Of a stretch of DNA of 64,000 bases, positions 36,081 through 46,200 are shown piece after piece; position 1 is the first letter of the stretch, and each line of letters begins with the position of its first letter. The notes under the pieces were generated by a model that had not been told where the DNA came from, ran no database searches, and saw only the letters and a list, made by a program, of their open reading frames with translations. The DNA is from Gaiellales bacterium (GTDB taxonomy: Bacteria; Actinomycetota; Thermoleophilia; Gaiellales; Gaiellaceae). The translations under genes and the position numbers were made by a program. The stretch spans positions 73,601 through 137,600 of the forward strand of contig JAXLSU010000006.1 in the NCBI GenBank assembly GCA_046330455.1. Reading direction: 5' to 3'.

Positions 36081-36890
36081 GTGACGATCAGGGAGAAGCT
36101 CGTCGTCGAGCCCGGATCGCCTGCGGGGCTCGCCGGACGCGACCCCGGCGACCGGCTGGGGTTCGAGAGCAAGAACGGGATCGCGGCCGAGCTCGACGGG
36201 CTGACGACCGAGCTCCGCGAGCTCCAGGAGCGGCTCTGGGCCGAGTCCAGACGGTCGCTGCTCCTCGTCCTCCAGGGTATGGACACGTCGGGCAAGGACG
36301 GGACGATCCGCCACGTCTTCCGGGGCGTCAACCCCCAGGCCTGCCGTGTCGCGTCCTTCAAGGTGCCGACCGAGGCAGAGCTCGCCCACGACTTTCTCTG
36401 GCGGGTCCACGCCGTCTGCCCCGCGCACGGGCAGCTCGGGATCTTCAACCGTTCTCACTATGAGGACGTCGTCGTCGTCCGGGTGAAGGAGCTCGTTCCG
36501 GAGCAGGTGTGGAGGCCGAGGTATGCGCAGATCCGGGAGTTCGAGCGCCTGCTCGTCGAGTCGGGCACGACGATCGTGAAGGTCTTCCTGCACATCTCGA
36601 AGGACGAGCAGCGCGAGCGGTTGCAGGAGCGACTCGACGACCCTCTGAAGACGTGGAAGTTCCGGCTCGGCGACCTCGACGACCGCAGGCGCTGGGACGA
36701 CTTCCAGGCCGCCTACGAGGACGCGCTCACCGAGACCTCGACGGAGTGGGCGCCCTGGTACGTCGTGCCTGCGAACTCGAAGCGGGTGAGGAACCTCGCG
36801 GTCGCGAGGCTGCTCGTCGGGATCCTTCGCGACCTGGACCCGCAGATCCCGCCCCCGCCGGACGGGCTCGACGGCATCGTCGTCGAGTGA
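36081..36890 (+). CDS. ppk2: polyphosphate kinase 2 family protein (single-domain, ~270 aa)
   Basis: …LLLVLQGMDTSGKDGTIRHVF… (P-loop), …FNRSHYEDV…, …KVFLHISKDEQRERL…, …WAPWYVVPANSK…. Confidence 0.85.
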   Translation: MTIREKLVVEPGSPAGLAGRDPGDRLGFESKNGIAAELDGLTTELRELQERLWAESRRSLLLVLQGMDTSGKDGTIRHVFRGVNPQACRVASFKVPTEAELAHDFLWRVHAVCPAHGQLGIFNRSHYEDVVVVRVKELVPEQVWRPRYAQIREFERLLVESGTTIVKVFLHISKDEQRERLQERLDDPLKTWKFRLGDLDDRRRWDDFQAAYEDALTETSTEWAPWYVVPANSKRVRNLAVARLLVGILRDLDPQIPPPPDGLDGIVVE

Positions 36891-36939
36891 GCGGCGGCGG
36901 TAGGCTTCTCACTCCGTCAACGCGACCGAGGGAGAAGCG

Positions 36940-37125
36940 ATGCCGCTGATCGAAGTGAAGCTCTACGACCGCCGGGTCACCCCCGAGTCGTCGGAGAAGA
37001 TGATCAAGGAGCTCACCGACGGCCTCTGCCGGGCGCTCGGCGAGGAGGTCCGCGACGTGACGTGGGTCGTCGTCCAGGGCGTCCCGCCGACGAGCTGGGG
37101 CATCGCCGGGAACGCGGGCTCGTAG
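36940..37125 (+). CDS. 4-oxalocrotonate tautomerase family protein
   Basis: MPLIEVKL… gives Pro-1 after Met removal. 61 aa. GAGGGAG RBS. Confidence 0.8.
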   Translation: MPLIEVKLYDRRVTPESSEKMIKELTDGLCRALGEEVRDVTWVVVQGVPPTSWGIAGNAGS

Positions 37126-37141
37126 CCTTCTCGGCTCGAGC

Positions 37142-37162
37142 GGGCCGGATGAGGTCCGGCCC
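37142..37162. repeat. REP-like hairpin GGGCCGGAT-GAG-GTCCGGCCC (probable terminator between convergent genes)
   Basis: Member of the hairpin family also seen at 25863, 51948 and 58184. It is followed by CCTAC as in the other copies. Confidence 0.5.
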
Positions 37163-37251
37163 CTACGTGGTCAGCGGGCGGTCGTCTCTCGGGGGTGTTC
37201 CTCGGGGGGTGGGGGCGGGGTCTCGTCGCGCCCGAAGGTGTGTGCAGGTCG

Positions 37252-38337
37252 CTACGGAGCGGTGACCGGGAGCTCCCGGTCGGGCTCGTCGCGGAGGACC
37301 GTCCGCAGCACCCTGAGCGCGTTTCCCCCGAGGATCCTGGCCGCGTCCTCCTCGGAGTAGCCTCGACCGAGCAGGGCGGCGGTGAACACCGGCAGCGTCT
37401 CGACGCGGCGAAGCCCCTCCGGACCGAGATACCCGCCCCCCTCGGCCGGATCCACCATCAGGTCGAGGGCGAACTCGACGTAGTCGGCGCCGATCGCGAC
37501 CGCGTCGATCCCTGCCACGTCGACGAGATGGTCGACGTGATCCATGACATGGTCGACCGTGACGGGCTCGCCGATGAAGTCGCCGATGAAGCAGACGCCC
37601 ACGAAGCCACCCGTGCCGGCGACCGCCCTGACCTGGTCGTCGGTGAGGTTGCGGCGGTGTTGCGTGACCGCCTCGGCGTTTGCATGCGAGGCGACGACCG
37701 GCCCTTCCGCAAGCTCGACGAGGTCCCAGAACGACGGCTCGGCGAGGTGCGCGACGTCGATGAGGATTCCGAGCCTGTCGAGCTCGGAGACGAGCTCCAG
37801 CCCGAGCGGCGTGAGCCCCTTCGGCTCGGCGACCCCGACGCCGTCCGCGAACGGGTTCGGCCCGTTCCAGGTGAGCTGCAGCGAGCGCAGCCCGAGCTCA
37901 TGGAACATCGCGAGCTCTGTCCGGAAGCCGGTCCCGAGCACGTCGTTCCCGGCGATCAGCGGCTTCGCACCCTCCAGGTGGAGCACGAGCCCGATCTTCT
38001 CACCGGCGAGCACGGCGTCGAGGTCGCCGGTCGTTCGGACGATGCGGAAGCCGGGATCACCGCCTTCCTCCGCGAGCACGTCCCCGAGCATGGCGAGCGC
38101 CGACTCGCGCTCGTCGCCGGCACACTCGTGCTGCCCGGGCACGTCGCCCCCGGCCGCGAGGAGCTGGATCTTCACACCTCCGGCCCGGAGCCGGTCGAGG
38201 TAGTCGTCGCAGTAGGGTGCGGCCTCGCCCGCCCTCCGGCGCCGGTACACGTCGACGGGGTAGTCGGCGTGGCACTCGACGACGGGCCGGACACGATGCA
38301 GCGCCTCTGCCCGGGCCCGCAGGTCGCTCGCGGCCAT
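37252..38337 (-). CDS. membrane dipeptidase (peptidase M19) family protein
   Basis: …VVECHADYPVDV…LHLEGA…LQLTWNG.N…DVAHL…VASHANA…RNLTDDQ… is the renal-dipeptidase-family pattern. Confidence 0.85.
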   Translation of the reverse strand: MAASDLRARAEALHRVRPVVECHADYPVDVYRRRRAGEAAPYCDDYLDRLRAGGVKIQLLAAGGDVPGQHECAGDERESALAMLGDVLAEEGGDPGFRIVRTTGDLDAVLAGEKIGLVLHLEGAKPLIAGNDVLGTGFRTELAMFHELGLRSLQLTWNGPNPFADGVGVAEPKGLTPLGLELVSELDRLGILIDVAHLAEPSFWDLVELAEGPVVASHANAEAVTQHRRNLTDDQVRAVAGTGGFVGVCFIGDFIGEPVTVDHVMDHVDHLVDVAGIDAVAIGADYVEFALDLMVDPAEGGGYLGPEGLRRVETLPVFTAALLGRGYSEEDAARILGGNALRVLRTVLRDEPDRELPVTAP

Positions 38338-38371
38338 CGCGCCACTCTACTTCTCGGGCAAGCGGGCCCGG

Positions 38372-38803
38372 CTACCCGGCCCGGGTGCGGTACTCGTCGG
38401 GGTGGTGACGGCCGTGGTAGGAGATCACCGTGACGAGCAGTCCGACGAGCGCGATTCCGGGGCCGACCGAGAGGCCGAGCAGCTCCTCCCGGGTGTACGG
38501 GGCATCGAGAGCCAGGGCGCCGACCGCGACCCAGACGCCGGCGGCGATTGCGGGGAGCAGCAGGAGGATCACCTGCCAGTCGTGCCACGGCCGGTTCCGT
38601 CGTCGCCACAGCACGTAGTCCCAGAGCGCGAACGCGATCACGGTTGTGCCAGGCACCGGGCCGAGCACGACCCGCTCGAGCGTCGAGACGTCGGTCCAGA
38701 CGAGCGGCGCGATCGCGACCCAGAGCCCGGCGAGCAGGATCGGCGGGGTCGCGAACGAGGGGAGAACCGATCTACCGGGCTCTCGAGAACCGGTGGACGG
38801 CAT
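38372..38803 (-). CDS. membrane protein, hypothetical (start uncertain)
   Basis: Four hydrophobic helices. ATG 38803 is the only internal canonical start and overlaps the csoR 3' end by 32 nt. Confidence 0.5.
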   Translation of the reverse strand: MPSTGSREPGRSVLPSFATPPILLAGLWVAIAPLVWTDVSTLERVVLGPVPGTTVIAFALWDYVLWRRRNRPWHDWQVILLLLPAIAAGVWVAVGALALDAPYTREELLGLSVGPGIALVGLLVTVISYHGRHHPDEYRTRAG

Positions 38804-39062
38804 CGAGGAGCTCTCTGCTCTTCGCGTGCGCGACGTCGGGGTCGCCGGACTCGAGGGCGCCGGCGACGCAGTGGTTGACATGGTCGTCGAGGATCCGGAA
38901 GGCGAGGCTCTCGAGCGCCGTCGTCACCGCCGAGATCTGGGTGAGGATGTCGATGCAGTAGCGGTCCTCGTCCACCATGCGCTCGATCCCGCGCACCTGT
39001 CCCTCGATCCGGTGCAGGCGGTTGACGAGCGCATCCTTGTCCTGGGTGTAGCCATGGGTCAT
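38772..39062 (-). CDS. csoR: CsoR-family copper-sensing transcriptional repressor
   Basis: …[34 protein letters not shown]…DHVNHC… carries the Cys-His-Cys ligand pattern. ATGA overlap with the copA stop. Confidence 0.9.
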   Translation of the reverse strand: MTHGYTQDKDALVNRLHRIEGQVRGIERMVDEDRYCIDILTQISAVTTALESLAFRILDDHVNHCVAGALESGDPDVAHAKSRELLDAVHRFSRAR

Positions 39063-41239
39063 GCCCGCACGCTCCTGAATCGGCGCAGCCTGAGTGAGTT
39101 CGAGACGACGAAGAGGCTCGAAAACGCCATCGCGGCGGCGGCCACGATCGGGTTGAGGAGCCCGGCGACGGCCAGCGGGATCGCGGCGACGTTGTAGGCG
39201 AAGGCCCAGAAGAGGTTGCCCTTGATCGTCGCGAGCACGCGGCGGGAGAGCCGGATCGAGTCGACGGCCGCCCGCAGGTCTCCCGAGACGAGCGTGAGGT
39301 CGGACGCCTCGATCGCGACGTCGGTGCCGGTGCCGATCGAGATCCCGAGGTCGGCCTGGGCGAGCGCCGGTGCGTCGTTGATCCCGTCGCCGACCATCGC
39401 CACCACGCGGCCCGCGTCCTGGAGGCGCCGGACCTCGGCGACCTTGCCGTCGGGGAGCACCTCGGCGATCACCTGAGCGATGCCGACCTCGCCGGCTACA
39501 CGCCGGGCCGTCTGCTCGTTGTCGCCGGTCAGCAGGACCGGCGTGAGCCCGAGGCCTGTCAGCTCGCGGATCGCCTCGGCGCTCGTCGGCTTCACGGTGT
39601 CATGCACCGTCAGCGTCGCGCGCGGCTCGTCGTCCCAGGACACGGTGATCGAGCCGTCTCGCCGGGCGACCTCGACCCGGTGTCCCTCGACCACTCCCTG
39701 GACGCCGATGCCCGGGAGGTTCCGGAACTCGGCAACAGGCGGCAGCGCCGTGAGCTCGGCCCGTGCAGCCGCTGCGACGGCCTGTGCGACCGGGTGCTCG
39801 CTCGCCGCCTCCACGGCTCCCGCGAGGCGCAGCACGTCGGTGCGTGAGGCGCCGTCGAGGAGGCTGACGGCGGCGAGCTCCATCCGTCCCTCGGTCACCG
39901 TGCCGGTCTTGTCGAGCACGATCGTGTCCACGCTGCGTGTCTGCTCGAGGATCTCGGGGCCGCGGATCACGATCCCGAGCTGCGCGCCGCGACCCGTGCC
40001 GACCATCAGCGCGGTCGGCGTGGCGAGGCCGAGCGCGCACGGGCAGGCGATCACGAGCACGGAGACGGCGGCGGCGAACGCGAACGTCGGCTCGGCCCCC
40101 GTGGCGAGCCAGAACCCGAGCGTGCCGAGCGCGACGACGATCACGACCGGCACGAAGACGGCCGAGACCCGGTCGGCGAGGCGCTGCACCGGCGCCTTCC
40201 CGCCCTGGGCCTCGGCAACGAGCCGCGCGATCTGCGCGAGGGCCGTCTCCGCGCCGACGCGGGTCGCCCGGACGACGAGCAGGCCGTACGTGTTGATGGT
40301 GGCGCCGGCGACCTCCGAGCCCGGCTCCACCTCGACCGGCAGGGGCTCGCCGGTCAGCATCGCCTGGTCGATCGCGGACACCCCGTCCTCGACGACGCCG
40401 TCGGTCGCGAGCTTCTCGCCCGGCCGGACGACGAACCGGTCGCCGACCCGGAGCTCCTCGATCGGAACGAGCACCTCCTCGTTGCCGCGGAGCACCCGGG
40501 CCTCCTTCGCGCCGAGCTCGAGCAGCGCCCGCAGCTCCGCGCCGGCACGGCGCTTCGCACGGGCCTCCAGGTAGCGGCCGAGGAGGATCAGGGTCGTGAC
40601 GGCGGCGGCGACCTCGAGATAGATCTCCGTCTCGGCGCCGGCGGTGTCGAACGTGAGCTCGAACGTCATGCGCATCCCCGGCTCGCCGGCGCCGAGGACG
40701 AACAGGGCGACGACCGACCAGGCCCAGGCGGCGAGCGAGCCGAGCGAGATCAGCGTGTCCATCGTAGCGGCCCGGTGGCGAAGGTTCAGCAATGCGGCGC
40801 GGTGGAACGGCCAGCCGCCCCAGAGCACGACGACGCTCGCAAGCTGGAGCGAGAGCCACTGCCAGTAGTCGAACTGCAGCGCCGGCACCATCGAGAGAAG
40901 GACGACCGGAACCGACATGGCGGCCGAGACGAGCAGGCGGACCCGCAGCTCGCGGAGCGGGTCGGCGGTGGCTGCAGCCTCCTGCGGCTTCTCCTCGTGG
41001 GGAAGCGTCGCGTGGTATCCGGTCTGCTCGACGGCCTCGACGAGCGTCTCCGGATCGGCCTGCCCGGGGTCGTACTCGACGGTCGCCGTCTCGGTCGCGT
41101 AGTTCACCTGCGCGCTGACGCCGGGCAGCCGGTTGAGCTTCCGCTCGATCCGCACCGCACACGATGCGCACGTCATCCCCTCGATCGGGAGCTGGAGGTG
41201 CTCGAGCTCCCGTGGTGCCTGTGGCGCCGTCGTACTCAT
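39059..41239 (-). CDS. copA: copper-translocating P1B-type ATPase
   Basis: ATG 41239 overlaps the copZ stop. N-terminal HMA domain GMTCASC, plus CPC ([12 protein letters not shown]), [13 protein letters not shown] and a TGE-like loop. Confidence 0.9.
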   Translation of the reverse strand: MSTTAPQAPRELEHLQLPIEGMTCASCAVRIERKLNRLPGVSAQVNYATETATVEYDPGQADPETLVEAVEQTGYHATLPHEEKPQEAAATADPLRELRVRLLVSAAMSVPVVLLSMVPALQFDYWQWLSLQLASVVVLWGGWPFHRAALLNLRHRAATMDTLISLGSLAAWAWSVVALFVLGAGEPGMRMTFELTFDTAGAETEIYLEVAAAVTTLILLGRYLEARAKRRAGAELRALLELGAKEARVLRGNEEVLVPIEELRVGDRFVVRPGEKLATDGVVEDGVSAIDQAMLTGEPLPVEVEPGSEVAGATINTYGLLVVRATRVGAETALAQIARLVAEAQGGKAPVQRLADRVSAVFVPVVIVVALGTLGFWLATGAEPTFAFAAAVSVLVIACPCALGLATPTALMVGTGRGAQLGIVIRGPEILEQTRSVDTIVLDKTGTVTEGRMELAAVSLLDGASRTDVLRLAGAVEAASEHPVAQAVAAAARAELTALPPVAEFRNLPGIGVQGVVEGHRVEVARRDGSITVSWDDEPRATLTVHDTVKPTSAEAIRELTGLGLTPVLLTGDNEQTARRVAGEVGIAQVIAEVLPDGKVAEVRRLQDAGRVVAMVGDGINDAPALAQADLGISIGTGTDVAIEASDLTLVSGDLRAAVDSIRLSRRVLATIKGNLFWAFAYNVAAIPLAVAGLLNPIVAAAAMAFSSLFVVSNSLRLRRFRSVRA

Positions 41240-41439
41240 TCCACGTCGTAGCCGGCCGCGTCGATGGCGGCACGGATCGCTGCGTCGTCGAGCCCCGACC
41301 CGCTGACGGTCACGAGCTTTGCCTCGAGGTCGACCGCAACCGATTCGACGCCGGCGACCGCGCCGACCTCGGAGGTGACGGCCGCGCGGCAGTGCTCGCA
41401 CGACAGCCCCGGAACGCGATAGGTGAGCGTCTCAGCCAT
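41236..41439 (-). CDS. copZ: copper chaperone, HMA domain
   Basis: [25 protein letters not shown]… carries the CxxC metal site. 67 aa. Confidence 0.85.
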   Translation of the reverse strand: MAETLTYRVPGLSCEHCRAAVTSEVGAVAGVESVAVDLEAKLVTVSGSGLDDAAIRAAIDAAGYDVE

Positions 41440-41445
41440 GTGTCC

Positions 41446-41474
41446 ATCATACCCTAATGGGGTATGAAGAACAA
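41446..41474 (-). promoter_or_regulatory. copZA-csoR promoter TTGTTC-17 nt-TATGAT; geometry predicts a leaderless transcript
   Basis: On the minus strand, TTGTTC is at 41474..41469 and TATGAT at 41451..41446. Only 6 nt (GGACAC) separate the -10 box from the copZ ATG at 41439. Confidence 0.5.
41449..41465. promoter_or_regulatory. candidate CsoR operator ATACCC-TAATG-GGGTAT
   Basis: The inverted repeat spans the -35/-10 spacer. It resembles the TACCC…GGGTA pseudo-palindromes reported for CsoR operators (recollection, not searched). Confidence 0.6.
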
Positions 41475-41496
41475 GGGCTCTCTGCGGGCCGAGTCC

Positions 41497-43257
41497 TCAG
41501 GCGTCGTCGTCGGCGTTCCCGTTCCCGCCTTCGGAGCCCGCCGGCGGCCCGTACTCGACGATCGTGTGCTCGGGGTCGTACCGGACCGTGAAGTGCTCGT
41601 CGCGGCGGACCTCGCCGTTGCGATACACCGTGCGCGTGTACTCGACCGTGAAGCCGGAGACGCCGCCGCTCTGCACGACCTTCTCGGTCCCGGGGGGCAG
41701 CGACGGGTTGTACTCCCTGATCGTCGTCGCCGCCGTGTACGCGTAGGGCTCGCCCGTCTCCGTCTCGACCCGCCGTCCGAGCTTCGAGGAGTAGAAGCGG
41801 ACCGTCACCGACGTGTCGCCCGCCTCGACCTTGACGAGAATCCCCGCGGGCCAGTCATTGCGGAAGATCAGCTCGGGGCCGCCCCAGGAGACCGTCGCCT
41901 CGCGACCCATCGGATACCGCGAGATGTAGAACTGGTGCGGGGTGTGGGCGATCAGCTCGAGCCCGGCGAAGAACGCGGCGTTGTACACGGTCGTCGCGAT
42001 CTGGCTGACCCCGCCGCCGATCGCGTCCTCGAGCCGTCCGGCCGTGATCATCGGCGCCGCGACGAAGCCCCGCGCTGCCGTCCGCTCGCCGAGCCGCTGG
42101 TTGAGCGAGAAGCGCCCTCCCGCGACGATGAGCTGGCCGTCGAGGATCTCGGCCGCCCGCTGGATGTTCGTGACCCGCGGCTGGCAGCACGAGTACGGCG
42201 TCGTGAACTCGGCCACGAGGCGCCGGATTCCCATCCCCTTTGCCTCCCTGGTCGTCAGCTCGGGCTCCGTGTGATCGAAGCGGGCGCGCACGGCCCGCGC
42301 GCCGACGCGCTCCATGATCTCGGCCGTCACGCGGTCGGGGGCGAGCGCACGCCCGTCGCGGGAGGGGACGACGACGGCACGCTCGCCCTTCACCCTGAAG
42401 GTCGCATCGACCGGCTCGCGCTCGAACGCGCCGAAGGCCTCCTGCAGAGGCGCCTCGAACGGCTCGCTGTCGAGGCGGACCCGGATCGCACCCTTCCGGG
42501 CGCGAAACCTCAGCGCCTCGGCGATCAGCGTCCGGTCGAGCTCGAGCCGCTCGGCGCGATACACGACGTCGGGAGGGGCAGCGAGCAGGGTCTCCGCGAC
42601 GAGACGGGCCGCGTCCGCCGCCTCGTCGTCCACCTTCGGCGGGACCTCCCGCAGCTCGAGCTCGACCCGGGCCGGCAGCGTCGCGAGGTCGGCGGCGGCG
42701 GCTTCCGCGTCCAGCTCGGCACCCGGAGCCGAGGGGGTAGCGACCACCTGGTCACCCTCGATGGTGACCTTCGCCGAGACGGGCCGGCGGTCGACCTCGG
42801 AGGCGACTCGCTCGAGCGTCCCGGCGAGCCGCTCCTCGTCGACCGTGTAGACGAGCGCGAAGGTGAGTGAATCGGCCAGGCCGAGCCGTGCTCCGAGACG
42901 GTCGAGCCCTCCACGGCTCCGCTGTGCCTCGGCGAGGACCTCGTCGAGGTTCGTGTGAACGCCGAGCTCCTCGCCGGAGGTCGTCAGCTCGCCGCCCGGG
43001 TAGGCGAGCACGATCGGCCGTGACGCCGTGCGCTCGACCTGACCGGACACCGATGCGCGGGCCTCCTCGATGGTGAGACCGCCCACATCGATGCCCTCGA
43101 TGACGATTCCGGGCGGCAACGTCCCGCTCTCGGAGCGCGCGAGCCAGGCGCCGCAGCCGGCGAGCGCTCCGACGACGACGGCGAGCACGAGGGCCGCGAC
43201 CCGCCAGCGCCTGCGACCGGGCGGGCGGCCGTACACGGTGAAGCGGGGGGCGGCCAC
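41497..43257 (-). CDS. VanW-family protein with N-terminal membrane anchor and C-terminal G5-like segment
   Basis: TM anchor WRVAALVLAVVVGALAG. The VanW core is …RVTNIQRAAEILDGQLIVAGGRFSLNQRLGERTAARGF…GGGVSQIATTVYNAAFFAGL…. The C-terminus reads …TEKVVQSGGVSGFTVEYTRTVYRNGEV…. Confidence 0.8.
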   Translation of the reverse strand: MAAPRFTVYGRPPGRRRWRVAALVLAVVVGALAGCGAWLARSESGTLPPGIVIEGIDVGGLTIEEARASVSGQVERTASRPIVLAYPGGELTTSGEELGVHTNLDEVLAEAQRSRGGLDRLGARLGLADSLTFALVYTVDEERLAGTLERVASEVDRRPVSAKVTIEGDQVVATPSAPGAELDAEAAAADLATLPARVELELREVPPKVDDEAADAARLVAETLLAAPPDVVYRAERLELDRTLIAEALRFRARKGAIRVRLDSEPFEAPLQEAFGAFEREPVDATFRVKGERAVVVPSRDGRALAPDRVTAEIMERVGARAVRARFDHTEPELTTREAKGMGIRRLVAEFTTPYSCCQPRVTNIQRAAEILDGQLIVAGGRFSLNQRLGERTAARGFVAAPMITAGRLEDAIGGGVSQIATTVYNAAFFAGLELIAHTPHQFYISRYPMGREATVSWGGPELIFRNDWPAGILVKVEAGDTSVTVRFYSSKLGRRVETETGEPYAYTAATTIREYNPSLPPGTEKVVQSGGVSGFTVEYTRTVYRNGEVRRDEHFTVRYDPEHTIVEYGPPAGSEGGNGNADDDA

Positions 43258-43295
43258 TACCCGGAAGGGTAGGTGCCGGGGTCAGCCGGCCGCGG

Positions 43296-46200
43296 TCAGA
43301 TCCGGCGCTCGCCGGCGACGCGCTTGACCTCGTCGAGCGAGGTCAGACCCTCGATGCAGAGGCGAAGACCGTCGTCCTGAAGGGTTCGCATCCCGTCCGT
43401 CACGGCGACCTCGTAGATCTCTTCGGCGGTTGCCGTCTCCATCAGCCGGCGCATCTTCGGGGTGACGAGCATCGTCTCGAACAGCCCGATCCGCCCCTTG
43501 TACCCGCCGGTGCACTGCCCGCAGCCACGCGGCTTGAAAAGCGTCACGGGCCCGCTCACGGGCAGGACGCGCTCGTCGGCCCCTGCCTTCAGCAGCAGGC
43601 CGGGATCGAGCGGGAACGCCTCGCGGCAGTTCGTGCACAGCTTGCGTGCCAGGCGCTGCGCGAGGATGACGTTGATCGTCGAGGCGAGCAGCTGCCGCTC
43701 GACCCCCATGTCCGTCATTCGCGAGACGGCGGACCCGACGTTGTCGGCGTGGAGCGTCGAGAGCACGAGGTGGCCCGTCATTGCCGCCTGCACCGCGATC
43801 TTCGCGGTCTCGGAGTCGCGGATCTCGCCGACGAGGAGGACGTCGGGATCCGAGCGCAGGATCGTGCGGAGGCCGTGGGCGAACGTGAGGCCCGCCTTGA
43901 CGTTCACCTGCACCTGGTTGAGACCCTCGAGCTGGTACTCGACCGGATCCTCGATCGTCATCACGCAGCGATCCTCGGTATTGAGGAGGCGGAGCGCCGA
44001 GTAGAGCGTCGTCGTCTTGCCGCTGCCCGTCGGGCCCACCGAGAGCAGCGCGCCGTAGGGCTGCGCGATCGCGTGGCAGATAGCGGCCTCGGTGTCCGCT
44101 GCGAGCCCGAGGTCTGCGAGATCGGCCGCGCTGGACGAGCGGTAGAGGACGCGAATCACGATCTGCTCGCCGTACAGCGTCGGAAGGACGGCGATCCGCA
44201 GGTCGACCGGACGCCCGCCGAACGTGATCGTGACGCGGCCGTCCTGAGGTGCGCGACGCTCGGCGATGTCGAGCTCGCCCATGATCTTCAGCCGGGCCGA
44301 CACGGCCTGCTGCAGGCGGGCCGGGATGATCCGGACCTCGCGCATGACGCCGTCGATACGGGCCCGAACGAGCATACGCTCGCTCTGCGGCTCGAAGTGG
44401 ACGTCGGAGGCGCCTTCCTGGATCGCGTGCTTGATGACCTCGTTCACGAGCTCGATCGCGGGCGCGTTGGTCGTCGCCTCGAGCACCTCGACAGGGCCCT
44501 GCCTGCGGAACCCGCTCGGCGTCTCGTGATCGGCAGCCTCCGGCTCCTCGGTCTCCATCGTGGTGGGGATCGTGGTCGCTCCCTCGGGATGGACCCGGTC
44601 GAGCGTCGCGTCGATGTCGCTTCCGAGCGCGACCGCGAGCTGGATCTGGACGCCGAGGACGAGCCGGAGATCGTCGGAGGCGAGCACGTCGGTCGGGTCA
44701 GCCACTGCGACGAGGAGAGTGCCCCCCTCGAGGTAGCGGACGGGAACGGCCCGGTAGCGACGGGCGTACTTCGCGGGCAGCAGCGAGGCGACCGCGACGT
44801 TCGGCGGAGCCGCGGCGATGTCCAGGTAGTCGAGGTCGTGCTGCTCTGCGAGCGCCGTGGCCAGACCCTGCTCGGAGAGGGCGCCGGTCTGCACGAGGAT
44901 CCGGCCGAGCCGCTCGCCGCTCTCCTCTTTCTCCTCGAGGCCCGCGGCCACCTGCTCGGGCGTCACGAGGCCCTGGCGGAGCAGGATCGTGCCGAGCTGC
45001 GGCCGGCGATGCTCGAAGAGCGGAACGATCGCCGCCGACTCGACCTCGGCCGGCTCCTCCACGTCTGCGACCGGGAAGAGCGAGGTCTCGATCGCCTCGA
45101 GGGCCGGCGCGGCCGGCTCGGCCGCTGCCTCGTCGTCCTGCTCGCGGTCCGGAGCCTCCCCGGCGACCGGCTCCGTCGTGGTGGACGGAGGTGCGTCGTC
45201 GTCCTGCCCGTCTGTGCTCCACCCGGGCCCGGCCGCCTCGGGCTCCGTCTCGTCGGGCTCGGCCGCCTCGGGCTCCGTCGCCTCGGGCTCGACGGCCTCG
45301 GGCTCGGCCGGATCGGGCCGTACTTCCTCGGGCTCGACGGCGTCGGAGTCGACCGCCCCGAGCTCGACCGGATCGGGCTCTACTTCGTCGGGCTCGGGCT
45401 CCGTCGCCTCGGGCTCGACGGCCTCGGGCGCTGCCGCTTCGGGCTCGGGCTCCGTCTCCTCGGGCTCCAGGTCCGGCTCGGCCCGCGCCTCGGGGTCCGG
45501 CTGTGGCGTCGCGGGCTCGGGCTCGTCGGCGTCCCCTTCGGGCTCCACGAGCTCCTCGGTGGGCGGGACGGCCGGCCAGACGATCGCGGGCGTCCAGGCC
45601 TCGACGTGGGGGCTCCCGGTCGGAGACCAGAGTACGGGCTCGACCGGGGGCTGCTGGGCGCTCGTCGGAAGCCAGAGGTCGGAGGGGGAGGGCGGGAAGG
45701 GGTCTGGATCGGGCCCGTGCGTCAAGTCGGGCGGGGCCGGCACGTCGGCCGGCGGGGCGCCGATCACGCGAAGCAGCGGCACGCCCGCCACGGGCTCGAC
45801 CGTCGAGAGGTCGAGCGCGCTCGGAGCGGGCCCGGTGGAGAATCCGTGCCCGCCGGACGGGTCGGGTCGCGCCGGCACAGGATCCTCGACCGGTACAAGG
45901 AGGTCGTCGACGTCCGGCTCGGACGGCTCGATCAGCTCGCCGCGCAGCGCTGCGGGGATCTCGACGATAGCGACGAGCTCCTCGGTCGCTCCGTCACCCG
46001 GTGCTGCGATGGCCTCGTCGGACGTCTCGGTCTCCGCGCCGGCAGGCTCCGGCCCGGGCAGCGTGACCACGATCGACGCCAGGTGACCTGGCTCGGTGAG
46101 GCCCGCGCCGGCGGTCGAGGCCTCGACCGCCACCTCCGCTTCGGCGTCCGGCTCCGCCGTTGCGGGCTCGACCTCGTCAGGGGTCTCGGCGGGCTCTGTG

